A stretch of 32,000 bases of DNA from Erysipelotrichaceae bacterium (GTDB taxonomy: Bacteria; Bacillota_I; Bacilli_A; Erysipelotrichales; Erysipelotrichaceae). The notes beneath the pieces are model-generated. The model had not been told where the DNA came from. It made no database searches and saw only the letters and a program-made list of their open reading frames with translations. Of this stretch, positions 25,395 through 32,000 are shown piece after piece (position 1 is the first letter of the stretch; the number at the start of each line of letters is the position of its first letter). Location: assembly GCA_030604855.1 (NCBI GenBank), contig JAUVVC010000006.1, forward strand, positions 67,672 to 99,671. Direction: 5' to 3'. Both the position numbers and the translations under genes were made by a program.

Positions 25395-25928
25395 ATGGAA
25401 ATTGGACACAGAATCAAACAACTGAGAACCAAGAATAAGCTGACCCTTGAAGAATTGGCCAGTCGTTCGGAATTGTCGAAAGGTTTTCTATCGCAAGTTG
25501 AACGTGATTTGACATCGCCATCCATCGCGACCTTGAGTGATATCGTTGAGGCCTTGGGGGTGACCCTGGCACAATTCTTTCAAGGTGAGAAAGATGAGAA
25601 GATCGTCTTTGTTCAGGAAGATTACTTCGTCGATGAGCGTGAAGATGGGACGGTTCATTGGATCGTACCCAATGCTCAGAAAAATGACATGGAACCCATC
25701 TTATTGGATCTTAAACCAGGTCAACGCTCGCAAGTGATTCAACCGCATAACGGTGAAGAATTCGGTTATGTCTTGAGTGGTAAGGCGTGTTTGGTTGTGG
25801 ATGGGAAGAAACATCTTGTTAAGAAGGGTCAAACCTTTTACATCAAAGGGGCTCATGATCATTATTTGACGAATGAGACCAAATCGGAATTAAAATTACT
25901 GTGGGTTTGTACCCCACCACTGTTCTAG
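25395..25928 (+). CDS. XRE-family HTH plus cupin domain transcriptional regulator (PuuR-like architecture)
   Basis: The N-terminal HTH_3 is [32 protein letters not shown]. The C-terminal cupin is [31 protein letters not shown]. It lies 8 nt upstream of potA. Confidence 0.8.
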   Translation: MEIGHRIKQLRTKNKLTLEELASRSELSKGFLSQVERDLTSPSIATLSDIVEALGVTLAQFFQGEKDEKIVFVQEDYFVDEREDGTVHWIVPNAQKNDMEPILLDLKPGQRSQVIQPHNGEEFGYVLSGKACLVVDGKKHLVKKGQTFYIKGAHDHYLTNETKSELKLLWVCTPPLF

Positions 25929-25936
25929 GAGGCACT

Positions 25937-26980
25937 ATGCGAAAACTGATTGAATTTAAAAATATCGTTAAAAGCTTTGATGATAGCTTGGTTCTCAAAG
26001 GCATCAATTTATCCATTCATGAGAATGAATTCGTGACCTTGTTGGGACCCAGTGGTTGTGGGAAGACGACTCTTTTAAGAATATTGGGAGGTTTCATTTC
26101 TCAGAATGAAGGACATGTGTATTTCGATGACATCGAAATCAGCAACGTCCCTCCGTATAAGCGCGAGATCAATACGGTCTTCCAACGCTATGCCTTGTTT
26201 CCACATATGAATGTGCATGACAACATTGCCTTTGGTTTGCACATCAAAAAGCAAGATAAGCAGATGATTGAGCAAAAAGTAAAGAAGATGTTGAAGCTGG
26301 TCAATCTTCAAGGTTATGAAGATCGTCCAGTCACACTGCTTTCCGGTGGTCAGCAACAACGTGTCGCGATTGCACGTGCTTTGGTCAATGAACCGATGGT
26401 TCTGCTCTTGGATGAGCCTCTGGGAGCCTTGGATCTTAAATTACGTAAAGAAATGCAAGTTGAATTGAAGAAGATCCAACAAGAAGTCGGCATCACCTTC
26501 ATTTATGTCACGCATGACCAAGAAGAAGCCTTGACAATGTCGGATACGATCGTTGTCATGAACAACGGGGAGATCCAGCAGATCGGCAGTCCTACGGATA
26601 TCTACAATGAACCGGAGAATCGCTTCGTTGCGGACTTCATCGGGGAATCGAATATCTTGGAAGGTGTCATGTTGGAAGATTATAAAGTCAAATTTGATGA
26701 TCAGACCTTTGAATGCGTCGATTATGGATTTGAAGACAATCTGGAAGTGGACATCGTCTTACGTCCGGAAGATATTGATATCGTTCCCTTGGATATGGGT
26801 CGCATCAAAGGTGTGATCAAATCCGCCATCTTCAAAGGCGTACATTTCGAAGTCGTTGTCGAGACACCGTATCGTGAATGGATCATCCACACAACGGATA
26901 AGGTTGAATTGGATAAAGAAGTAGGGCTCCATTTCTTCCCAGAAGACATTCACATCATGTATAAGATGGGAACGTACTAA
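25937..26980 (+). CDS. potA: Spermidine/putrescine ABC transporter ATP-binding protein
   Basis: ATG 25937 follows TAGGAGG. Walker [10 protein letters not shown], signature LSGGQQQR, Walker B VLLLDEP, and a C-terminal TOBE-like domain. Confidence 0.9.
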   Translation: MRKLIEFKNIVKSFDDSLVLKGINLSIHENEFVTLLGPSGCGKTTLLRILGGFISQNEGHVYFDDIEISNVPPYKREINTVFQRYALFPHMNVHDNIAFGLHIKKQDKQMIEQKVKKMLKLVNLQGYEDRPVTLLSGGQQQRVAIARALVNEPMVLLLDEPLGALDLKLRKEMQVELKKIQQEVGITFIYVTHDQEEALTMSDTIVVMNNGEIQQIGSPTDIYNEPENRFVADFIGESNILEGVMLEDYKVKFDDQTFECVDYGFEDNLEVDIVLRPEDIDIVPLDMGRIKGVIKSAIFKGVHFEVVVETPYREWIIHTTDKVELDKEVGLHFFPEDIHIMYKMGTY

Positions 26981-26981
26981 G

Positions 26982-27833
26982 ATGAAGGGTTACGCTAGTT
27001 TAGTCAAGCCCTACATCCTTTGGATGAGTTTGTTCATTGTCGTACCGATGTTGTTGATCGTGCTCTATGCCTTCACAACCAGTGGCAATGAATTGATCTC
27101 GTTTCGTTTCACTTTAGACAACTTCTTCCGTTTCTTTGATCCCGTCTTCATCAAGGTCTTATTGAAATCCTTGGAAGTCGCCTTGATCACGACACTCTTA
27201 TGCATCATCATCGGTTACCCGATTGCTTACATCATTGCGAATGCCTCAGAGAAATCACAAACCTTATTGATTCTATTGATCACCTTGCCGATGTGGATCA
27301 ACATGTTGGTTCGAACTTATGCTTGGATCAGCATCTTATCGGATGGTGGTTTGTTGAACAGTTTATTGGGCTTCATTGGTTTACCCCAAATGAAGTTGAT
27401 GTACACCGACTTTGCGGTCATGTTGGGGATGGTCTACAACTTTCTGCCCTTCATGATCATCTCGATCTATACAGTCTTGGCAAAGTTGGATAAAGCCTTG
27501 ATTCATGCCAGTCATGATTTGGGTGCTAATCCTTTGCAGACCTTCCTGCGTGTCGTCTTGCCATTGTCGTTGCCAGGGGTCATCTCTGGAATTACCTTGG
27601 TTTTCTTACCCGCCGTCAGTACCTTCGTCATTCCTAAGTTCTTAGGGGGTGGACAGTACATGTTGATTGGGAACTTGATTGAGAATCAGTTCATCACCGT
27701 AGGCGAATGGAACTTCGGAAGTGCAATCTCCTTGATCATGGCCTTCATCATCATGGCATCCATGATGATGACACGTAAGATGGATCGTGATGCATCCGAG
27801 AACACCGGAAGTGAAGGAGGTAAGCTATGGTAG
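26982..27833 (+). CDS. potB: Spermidine/putrescine ABC transporter permease
   Basis: A six-TM permease with the EAA-loop region (ASHDLGANPLQTFLRVVLP), following potA. Confidence 0.9.
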   Translation: MKGYASLVKPYILWMSLFIVVPMLLIVLYAFTTSGNELISFRFTLDNFFRFFDPVFIKVLLKSLEVALITTLLCIIIGYPIAYIIANASEKSQTLLILLITLPMWINMLVRTYAWISILSDGGLLNSLLGFIGLPQMKLMYTDFAVMLGMVYNFLPFMIISIYTVLAKLDKALIHASHDLGANPLQTFLRVVLPLSLPGVISGITLVFLPAVSTFVIPKFLGGGQYMLIGNLIENQFITVGEWNFGSAISLIMAFIIMASMMMTRKMDRDASENTGSEGGKLW

Positions 27834-28630
27834 GCGCAAAGTCCCATAAAGTCCTTATCTTCGTCTTGATGGCGCTGATTCTAACATTTTTCTATCTTCC
27901 CATCCTCAGTTTGATGGTCTTCTCGTTCAATGATTCACGTTCGTTGACCTCATGGTCAGGCTTCTCACTACAATGGTATGAAGCCTTGTTCAAGAATCGT
28001 GAAATGATGATGGCCATCACAACAACTCTAAGCATTGCCTTGATGTCCACCTTTGTGGCAACGATCCTTGGGACCTTGGCTGCGATCGGGGTATCCAAAT
28101 CGAAGCGTTTGGTCAAGGAAATCGTCCTCAGTGTGAACAACTTCCCGATTTTGAATCCTGAAATCGTAACGGCGATTGGCTTGATGTTGTTGTACTCATC
28201 CTTGAATATTCAGAAGGGCTACATGACGATGTTGTTGGCACACATCATCTTCAGTACACCGTATGTCATTTTATCGGTTCTACCGAAACTCAGACGTTTG
28301 GATCCAGACATCGCAGAAGCGGCTTTGGATCTGGGGGCCACACCCCTTGAAGCCTTGTGGAAAGTCATCGTGCCAATGATTTTACCCGGTATCATATCGG
28401 GAGCTTTGATCGCTTTCACCATGTCGTTTGATGACTTTGTCATCTCCTACTTCGTGAGTGGGAACGGTGTTAAGAATATCTCGATCTTGGTTTATACCAT
28501 GTCGAAGCGGATCAATCCAACCATCAATGCCTTATCAACCATCTTGGTTGTGATCATTACCGTGGTGTTGTTGATTGTGAATCTTTATCCGATGTTGAAT
28601 AAGAAAAAAGAACTTAAGGAGGCAGAATGA
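27827..28630 (+). CDS. potC: Spermidine/putrescine ABC transporter permease
   Basis: GAAGGAGG RBS. Permease with EAA loop AALDLGATPLEALWKVIVP. Confidence 0.9.
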   Translation: MVGAKSHKVLIFVLMALILTFFYLPILSLMVFSFNDSRSLTSWSGFSLQWYEALFKNREMMMAITTTLSIALMSTFVATILGTLAAIGVSKSKRLVKEIVLSVNNFPILNPEIVTAIGLMLLYSSLNIQKGYMTMLLAHIIFSTPYVILSVLPKLRRLDPDIAEAALDLGATPLEALWKVIVPMILPGIISGALIAFTMSFDDFVISYFVSGNGVKNISILVYTMSKRINPTINALSTILVVIITVVLLIVNLYPMLNKKKELKEAE

Positions 28631-29658
28631 AGAAATTAAGCATGCTAATCCTGGTCATGGTGTTTATCCTGACCGGATGCAACAGTAACGAGAAAACATT
28701 GAAAGTATTCAATTGGGGTGTCTATATCGATGAAACCTTGATTGAGGAATTTGAAGAAAAATATGGTATGCGTGTCGTCTATGACACCTTTGATTCCAAT
28801 GAATCGATGTACACCAAGCTGATGAGCGGTGAAGTCTATGATGTCTTGGTTCCATCCGATTACATGGTCCAACGTTTGATTGAAGAGAATCTACTACAAA
28901 AATTAGACAAGTCTGTAGTGAACATGGCAGATGTCATGCCTCATGTGATGAATCAAAGCTTTGATCCAAACAACCAGTATAGTGCGCCGTATTTTTGGGG
29001 CAACGTCGGAATCATCTACGATACGACACAAGTCGATGAAGCAGATCTGACGGGGTGGGATGTGCTCTTGAACACCAAGTACAAGGGAAATGTCTATTTC
29101 TATGATTCGGAACGCGATGCCTTCATGGTTGCTTTGAAAGCTTTGGGCTATTCTGCGAATTCAAAAGATGATGCTCAGCTCCAAGCCGCGTTTGATTGGT
29201 TGACACAGCTGAACTCCACAATGGATCCAATCTATGTCACCGATGATGTCATTGACAACATGATTGCGGGCAATAAAGCCTTGGCGATCGTCTATTCAGG
29301 CGATGCGGCGTATATTTTGGATGAGAATGAAGACATGGGTTATTTTGTGCCTGAAGAAGGTACGAACATTTGGGTTGACAGCTTTGTCATCCCAGCCAAT
29401 GCGCAAAATCCAGAGATGGCCAACGCTTGGATTGAATTCATGTTGAGTGAAGACGCTCAAACACGGAATACCTTGGAAGTGGGATACACCACGGTCCACC
29501 AAAGTGTTTGGGAAGCCATGATTGCGGAAGATGGAGACTATGCTGGAAACGTGGCATATGAAGTCCGTCTTGCCAATCCAAAGGATGAAATCTTCATGTA
29601 TGATGAAGAGCTGAAGGTTAAGATGGCGGACCTTTGGTTAAAAGTAAAAGCACAATAA
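28627..29658 (+). CDS. potD: Spermidine/putrescine-binding lipoprotein, copy 1
   Basis: AAGGAGG RBS and lipobox LTGC. PotD-like blocks are present: LKVFNWGVYID, YDVLVPSDYM, YFWGNVGIIY, EGTNIWVDSFVIP. Confidence 0.85.
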   Translation: MKKLSMLILVMVFILTGCNSNEKTLKVFNWGVYIDETLIEEFEEKYGMRVVYDTFDSNESMYTKLMSGEVYDVLVPSDYMVQRLIEENLLQKLDKSVVNMADVMPHVMNQSFDPNNQYSAPYFWGNVGIIYDTTQVDEADLTGWDVLLNTKYKGNVYFYDSERDAFMVALKALGYSANSKDDAQLQAAFDWLTQLNSTMDPIYVTDDVIDNMIAGNKALAIVYSGDAAYILDENEDMGYFVPEEGTNIWVDSFVIPANAQNPEMANAWIEFMLSEDAQTRNTLEVGYTTVHQSVWEAMIAEDGDYAGNVAYEVRLANPKDEIFMYDEELKVKMADLWLKVKAQ

Positions 29659-29668
29659 AAGGAAATAA

Positions 29669-30712
29669 ATGAAAAAGATATTGATCGTAACGATTCTTGC
29701 ACTGCTTGTTTTGTCGGGCTGTGCCGGAGAAGAGAAGAAAGTTTTAAAAGTATACAATTGGGGAGCATACATCGATGAAACGGTCATCACCGAGTTTGAA
29801 GACATGTACAATGTCCGTGTTATCTATGATAACTATGACTCCAATGAATTGATGTACACCAAGATTCAAAGTGGTGAGTACTACGACATTTTAGTTCCAA
29901 CCGATCACATGGTTGAACGTTTGATAGCGGAAGATTTCTTGCAACCTTTGGATTTGAGTAAATTGAATAATTTGGGAAATCTTTACCCAGACTTGTTGAA
30001 TCGTTCATTTGATCCCAACAACCAATACAGCATTCCTTATTTCTGGGGCAACATCGGGATCATCTATAACAAAAACACCGTTGATGTCGCAGATCTTGAA
30101 AATGAAGGTTGGATGGTTCTGAACAATCCGAAATATGCAGACCGTATTTACATCTATGACTCAGCACGTGATGCCTTCATGGTCGCTCAAAAAGCTTTAG
30201 GATACTCTGTGAATTCCACCGATACGGCTGAGATTGAAGCAGCGTTTGAACTTCTTAAACAAATCAATGAAACAACACGTCCAATCTACATCGATGAAAC
30301 CATCATCGACAACATGATCACGGAACAAAAAGACCTTGCGGTTGATTTCTCGGGGGATGCGGCGTATATCATCTCACAAAATGAGAATCTGTCGTTCTTT
30401 GTCCCTAAAGAAGGAACCAACATCTGGATGGATTCCATGATCATTCCGAAGAATGCCAAAGAAGTTGACTTGGCACACAAATGGATCGATTTCATGTTGG
30501 ACAATGAAGTGGCTTTGAAGAATACGATCTATGTAGGGTACACTTCACCCAACATCTCCGCGTTTGAAACCGTAACCGGTCCAGGTGGGGATTATGAATG
30601 TAACATTGCATACCAACCTCGCATGGATAATCCAAATGACGAAGTCTATAAGTACGATGATGCCTTGAAAGAAATCATCACAGATAAGTGGACACGTGTA
30701 AAAGCTCAGTAA
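29669..30712 (+). CDS. potD: Spermidine/putrescine-binding lipoprotein, copy 2 (tandem paralog)
   Basis: Lipobox LSGC. It is collinear with copy 1 (LKVYNWGAYID, YDILVPTDHM, YFWGNIGIIY, EGTNIWMDSMIIP) and roughly 55-60% identical by eye. Confidence 0.85.
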   Translation: MKKILIVTILALLVLSGCAGEEKKVLKVYNWGAYIDETVITEFEDMYNVRVIYDNYDSNELMYTKIQSGEYYDILVPTDHMVERLIAEDFLQPLDLSKLNNLGNLYPDLLNRSFDPNNQYSIPYFWGNIGIIYNKNTVDVADLENEGWMVLNNPKYADRIYIYDSARDAFMVAQKALGYSVNSTDTAEIEAAFELLKQINETTRPIYIDETIIDNMITEQKDLAVDFSGDAAYIISQNENLSFFVPKEGTNIWMDSMIIPKNAKEVDLAHKWIDFMLDNEVALKNTIYVGYTSPNISAFETVTGPGGDYECNIAYQPRMDNPNDEVYKYDDALKEIITDKWTRVKAQ

Positions 30713-30725
30713 TGAGCTTTTTTTT
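30701..30725 (+). terminator. Rho-independent terminator after potD copy 2
   Basis: The 8-bp stem AAAGCTCA/TGAGCTTT has loop GTAA, with the stop codon TAA in the loop. A T-run follows. Confidence 0.7.
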
Positions 30726-30878
30726 CACTTGAGTGAGTTTACTGAGCTTTTGTGCTCAAGTAATGAGCTTATTTTTCACTTGAGTGAGTTTACTGAGCTT
30801 TTGTGCTCAAGTAATGAGCTTATTTTTCACTTGAGTGAGTTTACTGAGCTTTTGTGCTCAAGTAATGAGCTTTTTTCT
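30726..30878. repeat. Tandem repeat: 3 copies of a 51-bp unit
   Basis: The unit is CACTTGAGTGAGTTTACTGAGCTTTTGTGCTCAAGTAATGAGCTTATTTTT. Copies at 30726-30776 and 30777-30827 are identical, and the copy at 30828-30878 differs only in its last 8 nt. The unit's 3' part resembles the potD terminator. Confidence 0.95.
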
Positions 30879-30890
30879 TTGCGATTGAGC

Positions 30891-30919
30891 TTGCATAATG
30901 GTAGGCATAATCGTAGAAT
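30891..30919 (+). promoter_or_regulatory. Candidate upstream promoter (P1) facing the tRNA operon
   Basis: TTGCAT (30891-30896), a 17-nt spacer, then TAGAAT (30914-30919). Confidence 0.35.
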
Positions 30920-31004
30920 AGAAACGCAAGCAAAGTGCAGCGTTGATGTGAAATCGGGATAAATCACTTATTCTGCGAATTCACAAAAAAGCATAAGTTC
31001 AGTC

Positions 31005-31032
31005 TTGCAATTTAGTAAGGTTTTGTTATAAT
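31005..31032 (+). promoter_or_regulatory. Promoter (P2) of the tRNA operon with extended -10
   Basis: TTGCAA (31005-31010), a 16-nt spacer, then TGtTATAAT (TG 31024-25, TATAAT 31027-31032). The first tRNA starts 20 nt downstream. Confidence 0.6.
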
Positions 31033-31051
31033 AAAAAGGCACCGTTTCAAC

Positions 31052-31125
31052 GGTTCCTTAGCCAAGTGGTAAGGCAATAGACTGCAACTCTGTGACCGTC
31101 GGTTCAAATCCGACAGGAACCTCCA
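31052..31125 (+). tRNA. tRNA-Cys (GCA)
   Basis: Acceptor GGTTCCT/AGGAACC, anticodon loop CTGCAAC, discriminator U73 (the Cys identity element), CCA encoded. Confidence 0.9.
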
Positions 31126-31127
31126 TT

Positions 31128-31214
31128 GGGGATGTGGCGGAATAGGCAGACGCAACGGACTTAAAATCCGTTGATGGTAACATCGTGTGGGTTCAAGTCC
31201 CACCATCCCCACCA
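31128..31214 (+). tRNA. tRNA-Leu (TAA)
   Basis: Acceptor GGGGATG/CATCCCC, anticodon loop CTTAAAA, a long variable arm, T-arm GTGGG-TTCAAGT-CCCAC, CCA encoded. Confidence 0.9.
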
Positions 31215-31259
31215 TCGTATACTTGTTAAGGAATTGGATTGGTGTCGCATTGAAAAAAT

Positions 31260-31336
31260 GCGCCTATAGCTCAATTGGATAGAGCGTTTGACTACGGATC
31301 AAAAGGTTGTGGGTTCAACTCCTGCTAGGCGCGCCA
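31260..31336 (+). tRNA. tRNA-Arg (ACG)
   Basis: Acceptor GCGCCTA/TAGGCGC, anticodon stem TTTGA/TCAAA, loop CTACGGA, CCA encoded. Confidence 0.9.
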
Positions 31337-31355
31337 TTTTATTTTATTTTTATGT

Positions 31356-31432
31356 CGGGATGTAGCACAGCTTGGTAGTGCACTTGATTTGGGATCAAGG
31401 GGTCGCAGGTTCAAATCCTGTCATCCCGACCA
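31356..31432 (+). tRNA. tRNA-Pro (TGG)
   Basis: Acceptor CGGGATG/CATCCCG, anticodon stem CTTGA/TCAAG, loop TTTGGGA, CCA encoded. Confidence 0.9.
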
Positions 31433-31443
31433 TTATTGTTTAC

Positions 31444-31520
31444 GGCGGGATAGCTCAGTTGGCTAGAGCAATCGGTTCATACCCGGTCGGTCGTGAGTTC
31501 GAGTCTCACTCCCGCTACCA
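31444..31520 (+). tRNA. tRNA-Met elongator (CAT)
   Basis: Acceptor GGCGGGA/TCCCGCT, anticodon loop TTCATAC. The GGTTCATACCC context matches Firmicute elongator tRNA-Met. CCA encoded. Confidence 0.8.
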
Positions 31521-31524
31521 ATCT

Positions 31525-31601
<77 letters not shown>

Positions 31602-31609
31602 ACCCCAAT

Positions 31610-31698
31610 GGAGGAATACCCAAGTGGTTGAAGGGACTGGTCTTGAAAACCAGCAGATGTGCGAGCATGCGTGGGTTCGAATCCCACTTCCTCCGCCA
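31610..31698 (+). tRNA. tRNA-Ser (TGA)
   Basis: Acceptor GGAGGAA/TTCCTCC, anticodon stem CTGGT/ACCAG, loop CTTGAAA, a long variable arm, CCA encoded. Confidence 0.9.
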
Positions 31699-31727
31699 GA
31701 ATTTCCTTCAAAATTAATTTAAGTTAT

Positions 31728-31804
31728 CGCGGGGTAGAGCAGTCTGGTAGCTCGGCGGGCTCATAACCCGGAGGTCGTGGGTGCAAATCCTTCCCCCGCA
31801 CCCA
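31728..31804 (+). tRNA. Initiator-type tRNA-fMet (CAT) with an atypical T-arm
   Basis: It has the C1xA72 mismatch (CGCGGGG...CCCCGCA) and three G-C pairs next to the anticodon loop (GGG-CTCATAA-CCC), both initiator hallmarks. The T-arm, however, reads GTGGG-TGCAAAT-CCTTC. See findings. Confidence 0.7.
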
Positions 31805-31807
31805 TCT

Positions 31808-31880
31808 GGCTCTGTAGCTCAGTAGGTTGAGCATCGGACTGAAAATCCGTGTGTCGCCAGTTCAATTCTGGCCGGAGGCA
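31808..31880 (+). tRNA. tRNA-Phe (GAA); no encoded CCA
   Basis: GGCTCTGTAGCTCAGTAGGTTGAGCATCGGACTGAAAATCCGTGTGTCGCCAGTTCAATTCTGGCCGGAGGCA. The anticodon loop is CTGAAAA. The acceptor stem has one G2:G71 mismatch in my fold. Confidence 0.75.
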
Positions 31881-31895
31881 CGTTTTCGTTTGATT

Positions 31896-31917
31896 CCTGT
31901 CCTCGGCAGGTTTTTTT
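31896..31917 (+). terminator. Terminator candidate after the tRNA operon
   Basis: A short stem CCTG/CAGG with loop TCCTCGG is followed by T7. Confidence 0.45.
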
Positions 31918-31959
31918 ATGCTTTATAAGCTATAATAGATAGTGAAAAAGGAGACTTTT

Positions 31960-32000
31960 ATGAACAAAGCGTTTCCAGAATCTTTCTTATGGGGTGGGGC
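31960..32000 (+). CDS. Glycoside hydrolase family 1 (6-phospho-beta-glucosidase/beta-glucosidase); first 13 codons only
   Basis: AAAGGAG RBS. MNKAFPESFLWGG matches the GH1 N-terminal FPxxFLWGxAxAA block. It runs off the window. Confidence 0.55.
   Translation, partial: MNKAFPESFLWGG

Noticed and set aside
30726-30878. Possible CRISPR array
   Set aside because: The repeats are directly abutting with no unique spacers, the unit length is 51 bp, and no cas genes are present. This is a simple tandem repeat.
30729-30962. A 77 aa ORF with the repeated peptide SEFTELLCSSNELIFHL
   Set aside because: The peptide repeat only reflects the 51-bp (17-codon) DNA tandem repeat. There is no RBS, it starts inside a terminator T-run, and the repeat units look like RNA hairpins or terminators rather than coding sequence.

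Overview
The window is chromosomal DNA from a moderate- to low-GC monoderm bacterium that uses the standard genetic code. It looks like Bacillota, possibly Erysipelotrichia- or Acholeplasma-like, but that lineage guess is low confidence. Nearly all genes are on the + strand.

Gene order:
- a divergent, partial apbE-like flavin transferase lipoprotein gene
- an Rnf operon, rnfC-rnfD-rnfG-rnfE-rnfA-(64 aa Cys-rich membrane ORF)-rnfB, in which RnfD carries an extra C-terminal FMN-binding domain and RnfB is a 102 aa stub
- a compact, highly diverged 7-gene Tad/Flp-like pilus locus, including a 47 aa pilin ORF missing from the supplied ORF track
- coaX, then tRNA-His
- oppABCDF
- on the minus strand, a lapA-domain gene and class II fba
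- pduL and ygiQ
- nagA, a DAG-kinase-family gene, an aldose-epimerase-family gene, nagB and a Cof-type HAD gene
- trxA
- an XRE-cupin regulator gene with potABC and two tandem potD paralogs
- a perfect 51-bp tandem repeat derived from the potD terminator
- a 9-tRNA operon (Cys, Leu, Arg, Pro, Met, Ile2, Ser, fMet, Phe)
- the first codons of a GH1 glycosidase gene

No transposase, integrase, CRISPR array or rRNA gene was seen. The most interesting region is the Tad-like locus at 5622..9608. It encodes no prepilin peptidase and no TadZ/CpaE. Its three pilin-like proteins share an almost leaderless MK[G/A] N-terminus. All product calls come from motifs read by eye in the translations; no database search was run.
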